This document shows, piece by piece, positions 52,712-64,000 of a stretch of DNA of 64,000 bases. The stretch's first letter is position 1. Every line of letters begins with the position of its first letter. The DNA is from Eledone cirrhosa (taxonomy: Eukaryota): contig OZ024758.1 of NCBI GenBank assembly GCA_964016885.1, positions 32,364,001 to 32,428,000 on the forward strand, in the 5' to 3' direction. A program made the translations under genes and the position numbers. The notes under the pieces are model-generated. The model was not told the DNA's origin, did not search any database, and saw only the letters and a list, made by a program, of their open reading frames with translations.

Positions 52712-55700
52712 TCGGATTCTGTCTAACACGTGGAAAACGTGCTGGTGAGTAAATGTTTTAATTTCATTGGAAATTGCATGAACTGAATCTACATTCTTAC
52801 ACCATTTTGTAGATAAGCTGCCACCCTACACTTTGTAGGTGGTAGCAACCCCAAATAATAAGCCCATCAGGGCGAAAAACGGAGAAATTCCACAAAATTT
52901 CTACCGGAATTTTGAATATAGCCAAAATGGCCAAATTCTTTGACCTCATCTTCACAAAAAACACATCAGAGAATTATGGAGATGGGCTGTTAATCTCACC
53001 TTCCACAGCACTAGTATCAGGTGAAGGCTGTCGGTCTGCTGCTATCACCAACAACAACAACAGCAACAAAAACAACAAAAACATCAAAACTGTCAGCCAA
53101 CAATTAGACAGAGGTGGTGGAGGGACGGTAAAACTGTCAAGTCAAGAAGCAGCTCGCACCGCCTCATTGAAACACTTCGATATGTTTAAAACACACCCTT
53201 ACAACAACACCAGCAACACGCTGTGAATGGCACAAACCAAAACAACGCCATCAACAACAACAGTGACAACGAGAACAAGAAGAACAACAACGACAACAAA
53301 ACCACAACCAACAACAACACCAACAACGGAAAAAACGAAAACAACATCAACAACAACAAGACCAATAACTGCAACAAGGAAGTAAACGACAAAATATCAT
53401 TTGCGCAAACCGTAAAGAAAACGGTAAGCTACACTCCGGTAGATATTTCAAATGCAAATGAGCTTTTGAATAACGCCAGACAATATGTAACTTTTGGGGA
53501 GAATGGATCATTCTCCATAAACTCTCCCCCAGATTTGCGAAGAGAAGCTGCCTTGAAAACTGTGATTTTCAGGACAATCTCAAACAAAACATGAAAACCG
53601 ACTCAACTTTCACAAGGCGAAATTGAGTTGGCTTTGAAAAATGCCTTAAAAGACATTGATTTTATTCAGAAGGGTAGACTCTACGGGAGTTTATCCATTC
53701 TAATGAAAGACCAATTGACGGCATATAAATATTCTGTGTCGCTAATTGTGTCACCTTTTTCTCCACTTACATGGGGAAAAGGACACAGAAAATAAAAATC
53801 CAAAGAATCACACCAAATATTGATATTTGGTGGGTACTATGTGGATTTTTAAACCACGAAACAGACTATATAATATCGATAGGTATCCCCCGGAGACCTG
53901 TTCAGCGGAACTAGCCTGGAAGTTCTGGTCCAAATGATACCAGAACGAATAGCTAGGATCCCGGAACGTGTGTTGCTGGATGGGCTTATATATATAAACA
54001 TTTCGGTCGAGGCTAGGCGGCCCTCATGTTACCACTGCTCAAGCAGGGGTCACCTGAGAGCTTCCTGTCCTCGGCTAACTAGCCAAAAAGAGGCACTACT
54101 GCCAACACCTGCAACACCAGCACAACAATCACCACCACCACCACCACAACAACATAAAAAAAAATAGTGACAACAAAACAAACGACAAACACAGTCCCAC
54201 CCAACCCTTCTCCACCTAAAACAACTCCAGAAACACCCACACACATAACAGCTCCCCAAAACGTACCCCTCCCCACCAACACGGATGAGGCCTCATCATC
54301 GTCACCCAGTGACGATGAGGGAGAGCCTTTCCGACCAGTGAAAAGAAAAAAGAAAAGACATAACACAAACAAAAATGCAACAAACACACAAACACCAACA
54401 CAAGTGACGCAAACAGCACAAACAAAAACACCGCCTCCTAAAAACAAAACACCTACTACAAAACGTAAACACACACAAGAACCACAGACAAAAAGCAACC
54501 CAACACAACAAAAATGTTACACCTACATAAATACTAACAATAAAACTTTAACAGACACCATATATAAAAACCCTTCGGTGTAGACCGAAGGGAAAACTTT
54601 TACACACTCTTCGGAGAATCCTAATCTTAAAATGATTAGGACCTCCATGGACACACAAACAGTTAAAAGAAAAATTATCTAACGACGTAGGTAACCCCTG
54701 CGTCAAACCCTACAATTGAGTCCTGTTAAAATGTTTCCCCACCCCTCCAGAGACCACCACCCCACCAAACAACCCCTCCAACACCCCCATGGAAATTGTG
54801 CAGCCTGGTCCCCAGGAGATGAAGAGGTGAGTGATTTCTTTTCCTCTTCTGTTAACTTTTCAGCACCAACATGGCCAATATAAGAATTGGATGTGTGAAT
54901 GTACGCGGCCTGGGGATGCCCTGGAAACAGGGCAAACTCTTAAACAACCTCAGGTCGCACAGCATGGATGTAGTAGCCATTTGCGAGTCCAGGATCCACA
55001 GCAAGCGACAACTGGCCCCCATCTTCGACGACTTTGAGATCTACACATCTCTCTGTCAGCCGGGAGGTGGGGGTGGGGTTGCCGTTTTGCTGCAAAAACA
55101 CCTGGACCTCGTAACACAGACGGTACATCTGGACCCGGAGAGTCGACTGGTGGTCCTAGACGTTGACGGTAGTGAAGGTGGAGCCTTCAGGCTGGTGGCC
55201 GCATATGCCCCATCCGGGACACCGTGGCCAGACTTCTTCAAACGTCTAGAGACTTTTCTGGGAACGTCCTGCTCCCTGCTGTTAGTGGGGGACTGGAATG
55301 GAATCCTAGATGCACGTTGGGACTATGTCCCGATAGAGGGGGGTGTAACAGCCTCAAACAGTTAATCGGCCGATTTGACCTGGCTGATAGATATCGACTA
55401 GATTTTCCGACTGTGCCACTGTGGACATGGACTAATCGCAGCGGAACATCTAGATTGTACCTAGATAGTGTTCTAGTTAGAAAGAAGGATAGGAACATGT
55501 TAAGCTGTCCACAAATGTTCATGGTTACCTATTCAGATCACAAATTAGTGACCTGCTTAGTCAACCTTGACAAAACCCATTGAGAGGGACCCGGCTACTG
55601 GAAGCTGAACTTTTCGTTACCGACATGCAAAGCCTACAGTAGATGGATTAGCACTTTAGTTAAGCACCACTTGACGGGGGCCATTGTCAACAACAGATGG

Positions 55701-57246
55701 TGGTACTCTCTCAAGAGGGCAGTTAGATTAGACAAGTCCATGATTTGGTCTTTGAAGGACCAAGACGGACGCGTTATATGTGAGCCGAAGCAAATGTGCG
55801 CGGCCTTTCAGCGGCACTTTGCTCAACTGTTCAGGCAGGGCGGGAGGGGCTATAGATTTTGGTTCATACCTCGACGGCCTACCGCGACTCTTGGACAGTG
55901 AGGCGAAGTTCTGCGAAAGGCCAATTTCGGCCGCTGAGATAGGGGACGCGCTGAGCTAATGTGGCAAACACAAATCTCCAGGTCTCAACGGTCTACCCTA
56001 CAAAATTTACGTAGCAATGCCGGACTTATTCTCCGGTCTCCTGCAACTGGCAGCAGAACGGGAGAATTCCCAATTTTGTGACCAAGGGCGTAATCATGTT
56101 AGTCAGAAAGGATGAGAACAAGGGGGATGACATAGGCAACTTCCGGCCCATACACGACAACCTCCACCTCATGCGATACATCATAGAGAGGGTAGGGTGT
56201 AAACCCGGCTTCGGTGGGGCCCTGATCAACTTGGATCAGTCTAAGGCTTTTGATAGGGTTGACCATCGTTACCTGGATGCGGTGCTCGAGGCGGCAGGCT
56301 TCGGTCCCGTGTTCAGGGGCTGGATTGCTGCAATGCACAACAGCAACATCTGCTCAAGGGTCAAGGTGAACGGCTACCTCTCGGAGCCGTTCCATATCAC
56401 GCGATCCATCCGACAGGGATGCTCTCTCTCCTCCCTTCTGTACGTACCGACTCTTGAGCCACTACTGCGGAAGTTGGAGCTATTGCAGGGCATCCCTTTG
56501 GAACCGGGACTGCTAAAAGTGGCGTTGGCCTACGCCGACGATGTGACAGTAATGGTGTCAAGCACCTCGCAAATCGGGGAGATCGGCACCTTACTGGAGG
56601 AATACGAAAGTTTCACACGAGCAAAGCTGAACCAGGACAAATCCGTCAGTTTGCAACTTGGGACGTGGAGAGGCAAACCGATGCCTTCCGTGACGTCGTC
56701 GGACGCTGGATGGAAGGACCGGTAAAGCCTCTCGGGGTCTGGTTTGGTCCTGACCTCCAGGTGGAGAAGAACTGGAACGAGGTGACGGACAAGGTGTTTG
56801 CGCTCACCCAGAAGTGGGCCGAGTGCAAACTATAACCTGAAAGGTCGAGCAGAGGTGGCGAACACTTTTATAGCATCCGTCATCTACTACCGATTGACCA
56901 TTGTGCCTTGTCCAGCCAAAACGCTCATCAAAATGGAGCGCGCGCTCTTCCAATTCCTTTGGAAGAAACGGCCTCCTTTGGTGAGAAGATCCATCTGCTG
57001 CCAACACCCATCAAACGGAGGGCTGGGGATGCCGTGGCCGACGATGCGCAAACACGCACTCAGGCTGCGGCACCTCAACGTATTCCTCACCAGACAACCG
57101 GTATGGGCTCCGTTCGTGAGGCGAGCCTTCCCACGACTCGTCTCGCTGACCAAGCTGCAGTCCTGGGTCAAGCAAAGACTGAGGAAAATGGGCGACTGGC
57201 ATATTGAATGTGCTCAGGCGCTCACAGTCCTCTGGCAAACGGGCAG
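52712..57246 (+). mobile_element. L1/Tx1-like LINE, 3'-truncated and decayed
   Basis: ORF1 relic with CYHCSSRGHLRASC knuckle (~54027); ORF2 from 54871 with CVNVRGL, VGDWNGIL, YSDHKLV, NLDQSKAFDRVDH, RQGCSLS, AYADDV, GGLGMP. Confidence 0.9.
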
Positions 57247-58720
57247 CATTATGCTAGCGGGGGACTTCAATGGTCATGTTGAACAGCTCCAGGATGGTTA
57301 CACTGGGGTACATGGTGGGCACGGTTACGGCTCAAGAAATGAAGAAGGAGTGAGACTTCTTGAATTTTGTGATGCAAGTACACTGACTATTTGCAACACT
57401 AAATTCCAGAAACCTGCCAACCACCTAATAACCTACAAATCTGGCAAGCACATAAGCCAGATTGACTTCTTACAAGTTAGGCAGCGGGACAGGCAGATAG
57501 TGTCTAATACCAAGGCATACCCTGGCGAAGAATGTACCCCACAGCATAGGTTAGTCGTTAGTGATATCTCAGTAAGCAAGAGATGGAATGAGACATACAG
57601 GAAGGTGTGGAGAAGAAAGTTCTGGAAGCTAAAAGACCTTTCACTAAAATAGAAATTTAGGAAAGCCCTTCAAGATGTGTATAATGAAAAAGAAGACGAT
57701 TTAGAGACGTATGACATAGATAATAACTGGAATTTCTTATGCGACAACTTACTGCAGGCTACTGATGAATCTTGTGGCTGGAGCAGAGCTCCAACCAGAC
57801 ATAGAGTGACCTGGTGGTGGAACAGCACAGTAGATAAGGCCATTAGAGACAAAAGACTAGCATGGAAGGCGTGGGAGTAGGGAAGGATATACAGCCGCTA
57901 AGAGAGAAGCTAGATGTCAGGTGTACTTAGCATGCAGGGAGGCTGAGAGTAGGAGGTTTGCCAATGTTCTGCGACGGGAAGATCAGAGGCTTGCGGTGTT
58001 CCACATTGCAAGGCAGTGTGTCAATGCAAATCAGTATGTTGTTGGAGATAAATGTGTCCAGAATGATGCCGGTGTACTTAGTGTCACGAATGATCAGAAA
58101 AAGGAGGCCTGGAAATGTCATTATGAGAGACTGATGAATGTGGAGAACGAATGGGAGAGAGAGAAATTACCCTCAGTAGATCTGACAGAGGGTCCAACTA
58201 TTAAGATTGACAAATATAGGGTCCAAGAGGCGATTAAGGAAATGAATAATGGTAAGGCTGCTGGACCATCGGGGATAGTTGCTGAGATGCTGAAGGCATC
58301 AGGGGACATAGGCACTAAACTGGTTGCACGCATCATCAATCAGCGTATATATGGCGGTGTCATACCCAAAGACTGGTGCAGCAGTATTCTCATAAATTGC
58401 TACAAAGGTAAAGGGGATGCTCTGGGGAGGAGCAATTATAGGGGTATAAAACTGATGGATCAGGTTATGAAAGTGGCAGAAAGGATATTAGCACTAGATG
58501 AGATGCAGTTTGGTTTTGTGCCTAGTAAGAGTACAACAGATGCCCTCTTCTTGGTGAGACAATTACAAGAGAGGTTCTTAGAGAAGAATAAGCCACTATA
58601 CTTAGCCTTTGTTGACCTAGAGAAGGCCTTTGATAGGGTACCCCGATCTGTCATCTGGTGGTCGCTAAGGAAACTAGGTGTTGAGGAATGGCTTGTGAGG
58701 ACAGTGCAAACTTTGTACAA
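57247..58720 (+). mobile_element. RTE-clade LINE internal fragment (APE C-half, RT N-half)
   Basis: LAGDFNGHV, GGHGYGSRNEEG, SQIDF, QHRLVV, NYRGIKL, QFGF, AFVDLEKAFDRVP; stops before the catalytic YADD. Confidence 0.9.
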
Positions 58721-59640
58721 CTGGCCCATTCGGGTCCTTCTTTGCGTGGACGGCTAGCTAAGAGACACTCCACCAGACATGACAACTGCTGCAGACTAGC
58801 CAACTGCCCCATCAACGACACAGACCTATGCCACCAGGCTTACGTAGTTTACAGACTAGAGTGTGACAAATGCAACAACTTCTACGTAGGTAGCACCACC
58901 AGACCACTCCACATAAGAATAAAAGAACACCTCAATACTAACGCTTCCTCATTTAAGAAACACCTAGTTAAATGCAAAAACACTGATAAAAACATAACAG
59001 TTAGGATAGAAACTAAAGAAAGAAACCTCGGCAATCTTAGAATCAAGGAAGCACTCATTATAGATAGAACACATCCACCAATCATTAATAGACTAGAGCT
59101 CAACACCCAATTTATAACCTGATAGGGCCTCTAGCCCCACTTTACACACCCCACACACATGCATGCGCACACCTCCACTTATTCTCTCACACATACACAC
59201 ACAAAACCAGTTCTAACACCAGATAACACCTACCCCCCACTTTTACGATTAGACCTATCTTCCCACACTCACACACACACACCCACATACCTACACCTTC
59301 ATGCTTTCTCCCACACACATATACAGGCACGCATATAAAATTTAAAAAACACAACAAAAACATAAACAAACCCCTCTTAAAGGGAGACTACTCTTTACCC
59401 ACCTAATTTTAATTCTTTGATATTAAAGTTAGAACTCTATACTATTTCCGGTCAGCATGGCTTCATTGGAAATTTAAGACGCTGGTCTGAGACTTTTACT
59501 TCCCTCCGAAGAAGAGATATTATCTCGAAAATTAAGGACATTTAAATAAATTCAAGGTGAAAGACGAATTCTCATCAATATCTCTCACTATTGCATTCTT
59601 TTTTCTATGTCCATATCTGCATTGTCTTGGCCTTATTACA
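58721..59640 (+). mobile_element. PLE 3' fragment: GIY-YIG endonuclease plus pLTR
   Basis: CRLANCP...C...VVYRLECDKCNNFYVGSTTRPLHIRIKEH...IKEALII...P.IN; HHR relic downstream. Confidence 0.88.
59503..59537 (+). ncRNA. Minimal hammerhead with U4C change
   Basis: cct-CCGAAGA-a gagata t tatctc-GAAA-AT-TA-agg, followed by AATAAA. Confidence 0.6.
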
Positions 59641-59721
59641 CATATTCTAACGTTTATACCTCATTACACAATGCTTCAAGTGAACTATAACCTCCTCCTC
59701 CCATATATATATATATATATT

Positions 59722-60177
59722 GGTCAAGAACTATGATGATGTCACGAATCATCAACCAATCTAAGGGCCGCGCAAACATGATGAAGGCAGATGATATAGA
59801 TTCGAAGAGAATTTGCTTCGAAATCACTAGACGTATCTGAGGAACTTGCGAATCCAGAGTCAGGTTCGATCCACAAACAGATCGCACCTCGTGTTGTTCG
59901 CTGGAGAAACAATTGTAATAGGCACACTAGTCTGCGAAAACATACATACATGAAAACATACACACATATACATATATATATGAAATGATACGGAGACATC
60001 ACACACATAGAGTTAAACAAGAATACAGTTACATACGCAAAACTACAAATGGATACATATGACCAGTAGAAGTGTTAAGAAGCTAAGAGCATGTAAAATT
60101 ACAAATGAACACATGCAGATAACCACACTCATAAATACATATATACAACAGCACGCAACCACATTATATGAATAATC

Positions 60178-60208
<31 letters not shown>

Positions 60209-60290
60209 TACATACACAAATACACATATACATACATACACAAATACACATATACACACATACATACAACACACATATATATACACACAC

Positions 60291-60321
<31 letters not shown>

Positions 60322-61075
60322 CACATACATATGTACATAAATATACATATTCATACATATATATAGACAAAATATATATAAAAATAAAAATAAATGTGGT
60401 AGATGGTTTCGAAGAGAAAGCAAAGGAAAAAATGAGTGTTCTCTGTATAGAACAGAGCATTAAAAATATATATAAATATATAAATATATTTTGTTGTTGA
60501 AAGAATGTGATGAAAGCAAAGGAAAAAATGAGTGTTCTCTGTATAGAACAGAGCATTAAAAATATATATAAATATATAAATATATTTTGTTGTTGAAAGA
60601 ATGTGATGAAAGCAAAGGAAAAATGAGTGCACTATATAGAACAGAGTTGTAAAAAATATTTTGTTGTTGAAAGTATGTGATAAAGGCCCAAGGTGGTAAA
60701 ATAAGAGAGAATGTTCAGGAAAAGATGAAGTCAAGAGTTTAATAATATGTAAAATAAGTGTGAAATAAAGTAAAAAATAAAATAAAATACAATAACACAT
60801 GTGGTACCACGTGTGTTATTGTACATACGCACACAATTCAGTTTTCTGATATACTTAGAAGTGAGGAGTTTACTAATTTTTCACCCACTGATGAGCAATA
60901 AAAATTTGTAATTCTCTTCACAATTGGATTACGAAACAGCATCGCCAAACGCTGTCTGGGTGATTTGGTAGTTACCACAATTCCGGTTTGTATTTATTTT
61001 CTTGATTTATTCTTAAATTGAGTTTGACAAACCCTATTGCCCATAGTTAGTATCTTTTTCACCCTAGCGAAACTG
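59722..61075 (+). mobile_element. Probable PLE 3' end/pLTR of another family
   Basis: Weak GIY-YIG C-terminal-like residues, microsatellite UTR, ~96-bp tandem duplication, HHR at 60881. Confidence 0.45.
60881..60963 (+). ncRNA. Type I hammerhead ribozyme
   Basis: tcaccca-CTGATGA-gcaat...attac-GAAA-cagc atcgccaaac gctg-TC-tgggtga; 7-bp stem I, GUC triplet. Confidence 0.85.
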
Positions 61076-61254
61076 GTCGCTTACGATTTGAACACATATA
61101 TGTATATATCTGTGTTTATCTCTCTTTTATATTCAATTATAATATATGGCTCAGAAAAATCTCTTTCCTTGAGCTATTCTATTGGAAGAGACTATTTTGA
61201 GTTTCTAACTCAATATATATATACACATATATATATATATATATACACAACGGC

Positions 61255-63220
61255 GATGAATTAGTTTTGCGAGGTTTTTTATATGAAACCTCAATGACAA
61301 AAAAGACTCCCATGGGAAGGTGGATTAGGTGGACCAAAGCTATACAGACCCTCCAAAACAATGGTCGCACATGCAATAGGGGCTAGTATCAAAACTACCC
61401 TAAAGGGCCACATATTTAAGTTCAACGAGAAGATCTACACCCAAAATGAGGGAGCAGCCATTGGCGTCAGCATAGCTGGTGATGTTGCCAACCTTTTCAT
61501 GGTATGGTGGGAAAGGAGACTTAAAGATCTCCTTAATGAGAGCTCCATAGACCTCATCATGTAGACGATATCAATATAGTTATAAGAACATCCCCACTAG
61601 AGAGCACTAACAAGTTTGATTTAGAACATAGCACAATGGAAAGCATCCAGCAGATAGCTAATTCCATACACCAGAGTATAACTGTAACTATCGACTTCCC
61701 TTCCAAACACCCTAACAATAGACTACCTGTATTAGACACAGAACTCTGGATTAACACTATAGACGAGAGAGCCCAAATTCTCCATTCACACTATGCTAAA
61801 CCCATGGCCTCCAAATACCTGATACTCAAAAACTCAGCAATGTCCAGTAGTGCTAAGTTTAATATTCTGATCGCAGATTTGGTACGAGTGATGAAGAATG
61901 TGTCTCGCATGTGCGACCCAACAGAAATGGAAAGACACATCCAACACTTCATCAACCGCATGCAGTTCTCTGGCTACAACCAAAGAGACAGAGTCAGAGT
62001 ATACGAAGGAGCCATGGAGAAGTATAAGACCCTCATAGAACTGGACATGAAAGGAATTTGCCTATTATACGGGAGCAAATCATGGAATAGCTTAGATAGG
62101 GCTAGACATAAGATAGGGAAAGCCACCTCATGGTACGACAACCAGAGATACCAGAGTGTCATGTTTGTGGACGCTACCCCTGGAGGGAAATTAGCTAACC
62201 AGTGTAGAAAGGCCCTGAGAAAGACCCACTTAAAAATAAAGGTGGTAGAAAAGCCAGGAATCACCATAAACTCCCTGATCAGCAAAACCTACCCTTTTAA
62301 GAAAACCCACTGTACCAATAGGAAATGTATCATATGTAAGGTGAACCCCCGGATAAACTGTAAAACTAGAAACGTAGTCTATAGCATAAGATGTACAGAG
62401 GGTACTTGCAGAAACATGACAACAACATACATAGGTGAGACAGCTCGTAGCATAGGTGAAAGGATAGACCAACACTGGGGGGAACTAAAAGGACGAAAAA
62501 ACGGGTCAGTACTATACGAACATGCCAGACAACAACATGACGGTAACATAGACAACATAGAAATTAGAAAAATACCTAAACATAGAAATGACCCAGCAGA
62601 TAGGCAAATCAGAGAGGCCAGTGAAATAGAACTTAGAAGACCAAGACTAAACAGAAAGAATGAATGGAATAACAACAACACCCAAACAAACAACACTGAC
62701 CTAAGAGAAGTATAAATAAATAAATAAATAAAATAAAATAAATAAATAAATAGATAAATAAATAAATACATACACAAGCACAATAACAACAAACACATAA
62801 ACACACACTAGTCACCCAATCACGAACACACATCACACATCAAACAAAACACTAAACGCATGCGCAAAGAAGACAAAATAAAATAAACAAACAAGCAAAT
62901 AAATAAATAAATATATAGACAGACTTAATAAAAATGGCGTAGACATACAATGCAACGGGAGGAAACAATAGCACCACTGACGATGTTGCAGATGTGCAAC
63001 GACAGATTTATGATAAACTATATATATGTGTTTGTGTCTATATTGTATCTGTATTATTTTTGACCGTCGGTCAGTCAATGGCAACATTGAGGACCGAGTA
63101 AGTTAGATTACCGATATAAAAGACACAGAAGCGAAAAGCGAAAACCAACCAAACAGTGAGTGTGTTCTGTTATTAATTCTGGCAATATTACACAAATATG
63201 ACCCTCCCCAAGTATAACAA
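61255..63220 (+). mobile_element. 5'-truncated PLE (non-Naiad clade) with 3' pLTR
   Basis: QNEGAAIGVSIAGDVANLFM, broken YVDD, LPVLDT, KPMAS, CTNRKCIIC linker, VVYSIRC...YIGETAR...RQIREA...LNRKNE. ORF 61636-62715 is open; degenerate HHR core at ~62971-63004. Confidence 0.88.
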
Positions 63221-63243
63221 TATATATACACACATATATATAT

Positions 63244-63302
<59 letters not shown>

Positions 63303-63314
63303 TATATATACACA

Positions 63315-63646
63315 TCATTTCATTTTACATCCGCTTTTTCCCTGCTTGCAAGGGTGGGACGGGAACTGATTCTGGCTTGATTTCTACAGCTGGATGCCCT
63401 TCCTAACACCAACCTCATTTACAGTGAGTGCTGGGTGCTTTTTTGCCATGGCACCTCCACGACCACTTTGCAGTGGAATTATATGGACCCCAGTCCCTAT
63501 CATCTCATTACTACAGCTGAGTAAACTGGAGCAATGTGAAATAAAGTGTCTTGCTCAAGGAAACAACACATCACCAGGTCTGAGAATTGAACTCACAACC
63601 TTTCGATTGCAAGCCCAATGCTCTAACCACTAAGCCATGTGCCTCC
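63315..63646 (-). mobile_element. SINE family A
   Basis: Near-identical to 1428-1760 and 42738-43067. Confidence 0.9.
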
Positions 63647-63829
63647 ATATATATATTCATATACAGAAGACCCGCCTTGCCTAAGTAAAAAGTGAAACCT
63701 ACAGTCAGTAGGCACCTCCTAACCAAAAATACACTCCCATCACACTAACCCTACCCCAGCTCTTTCTCTGTAAAGTTATGTTGGTGCCACAACATCCATT
63801 TCTAAATAAATGAGGTCGTGTAGGTGTCA

Positions 63830-63970
63830 CGACAATAAAAACACACAGTCCACGCTGTAATGTGGCCGTGTAGGTAACACGGTAAAAACCTCCCAGTCCG
63901 CACTGTAAACGTGGTTGGTATTAGGAAGGGCATCCAGCCATAGAAAACCCGCCAGACAGTCCTATACGAG
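63830..63970 (+). mobile_element. SINE body fragment
   Basis: ggttggtattaggaagggcatccagccatagaaa block. Confidence 0.55.
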
Positions 63971-64000
63971 CAAGACAACCAATTTTGCCTCACGTGGGAC

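Noticed and set aside
52818-52880. HDV-like ribozyme at the L1 5' end
   Set aside because: Only a simple hairpin and a GGCGAA were found; no P3/L3/P1.1 nested pseudoknot.
56798-57652. Functional novel RT-endonuclease fusion protein
   Set aside because: Both parents are riddled with stops and frameshifts; an in-frame junction has a one-in-three chance.

Overview
AT-rich, repeat-dominated animal genomic DNA with abundant (TA)n, (CA)n and (ATG)n microsatellites. The SINE repertoire looks like an octopus-type cephalopod, which is an inference. No intact multi-exon host gene can be read, but four short minus-strand exon candidates suggest the window lies inside introns of one gene. Most of the window is transposon relics: several Penelope-like elements (PLEs; two have Naiad-type features), a near-complete R4/Dong RLE LINE ending in a (TAA)n tract, a same-strand L1/Tx1 + RTE + PLE chimera, a decayed Tc1/mariner transposase, tRNA-derived SINE families, MITEs, Helitron ends, a 37-bp satellite (~98 units) and a 40/49-bp minisatellite. 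The strongest hidden signal is RNA structure: about 15 hammerhead ribozyme (HHR) folds or relics from roughly 10 unrelated families. They include a family with a fixed CAGA(A/U)GA core instead of CUGANGA, a head-to-head HHR palindrome, and a non-coding ~430-455-bp partial-tandem element with a minimal HHR behind an octamer/TATA cassette (retrozyme-like). All folds were read by eye and no activity is demonstrated.
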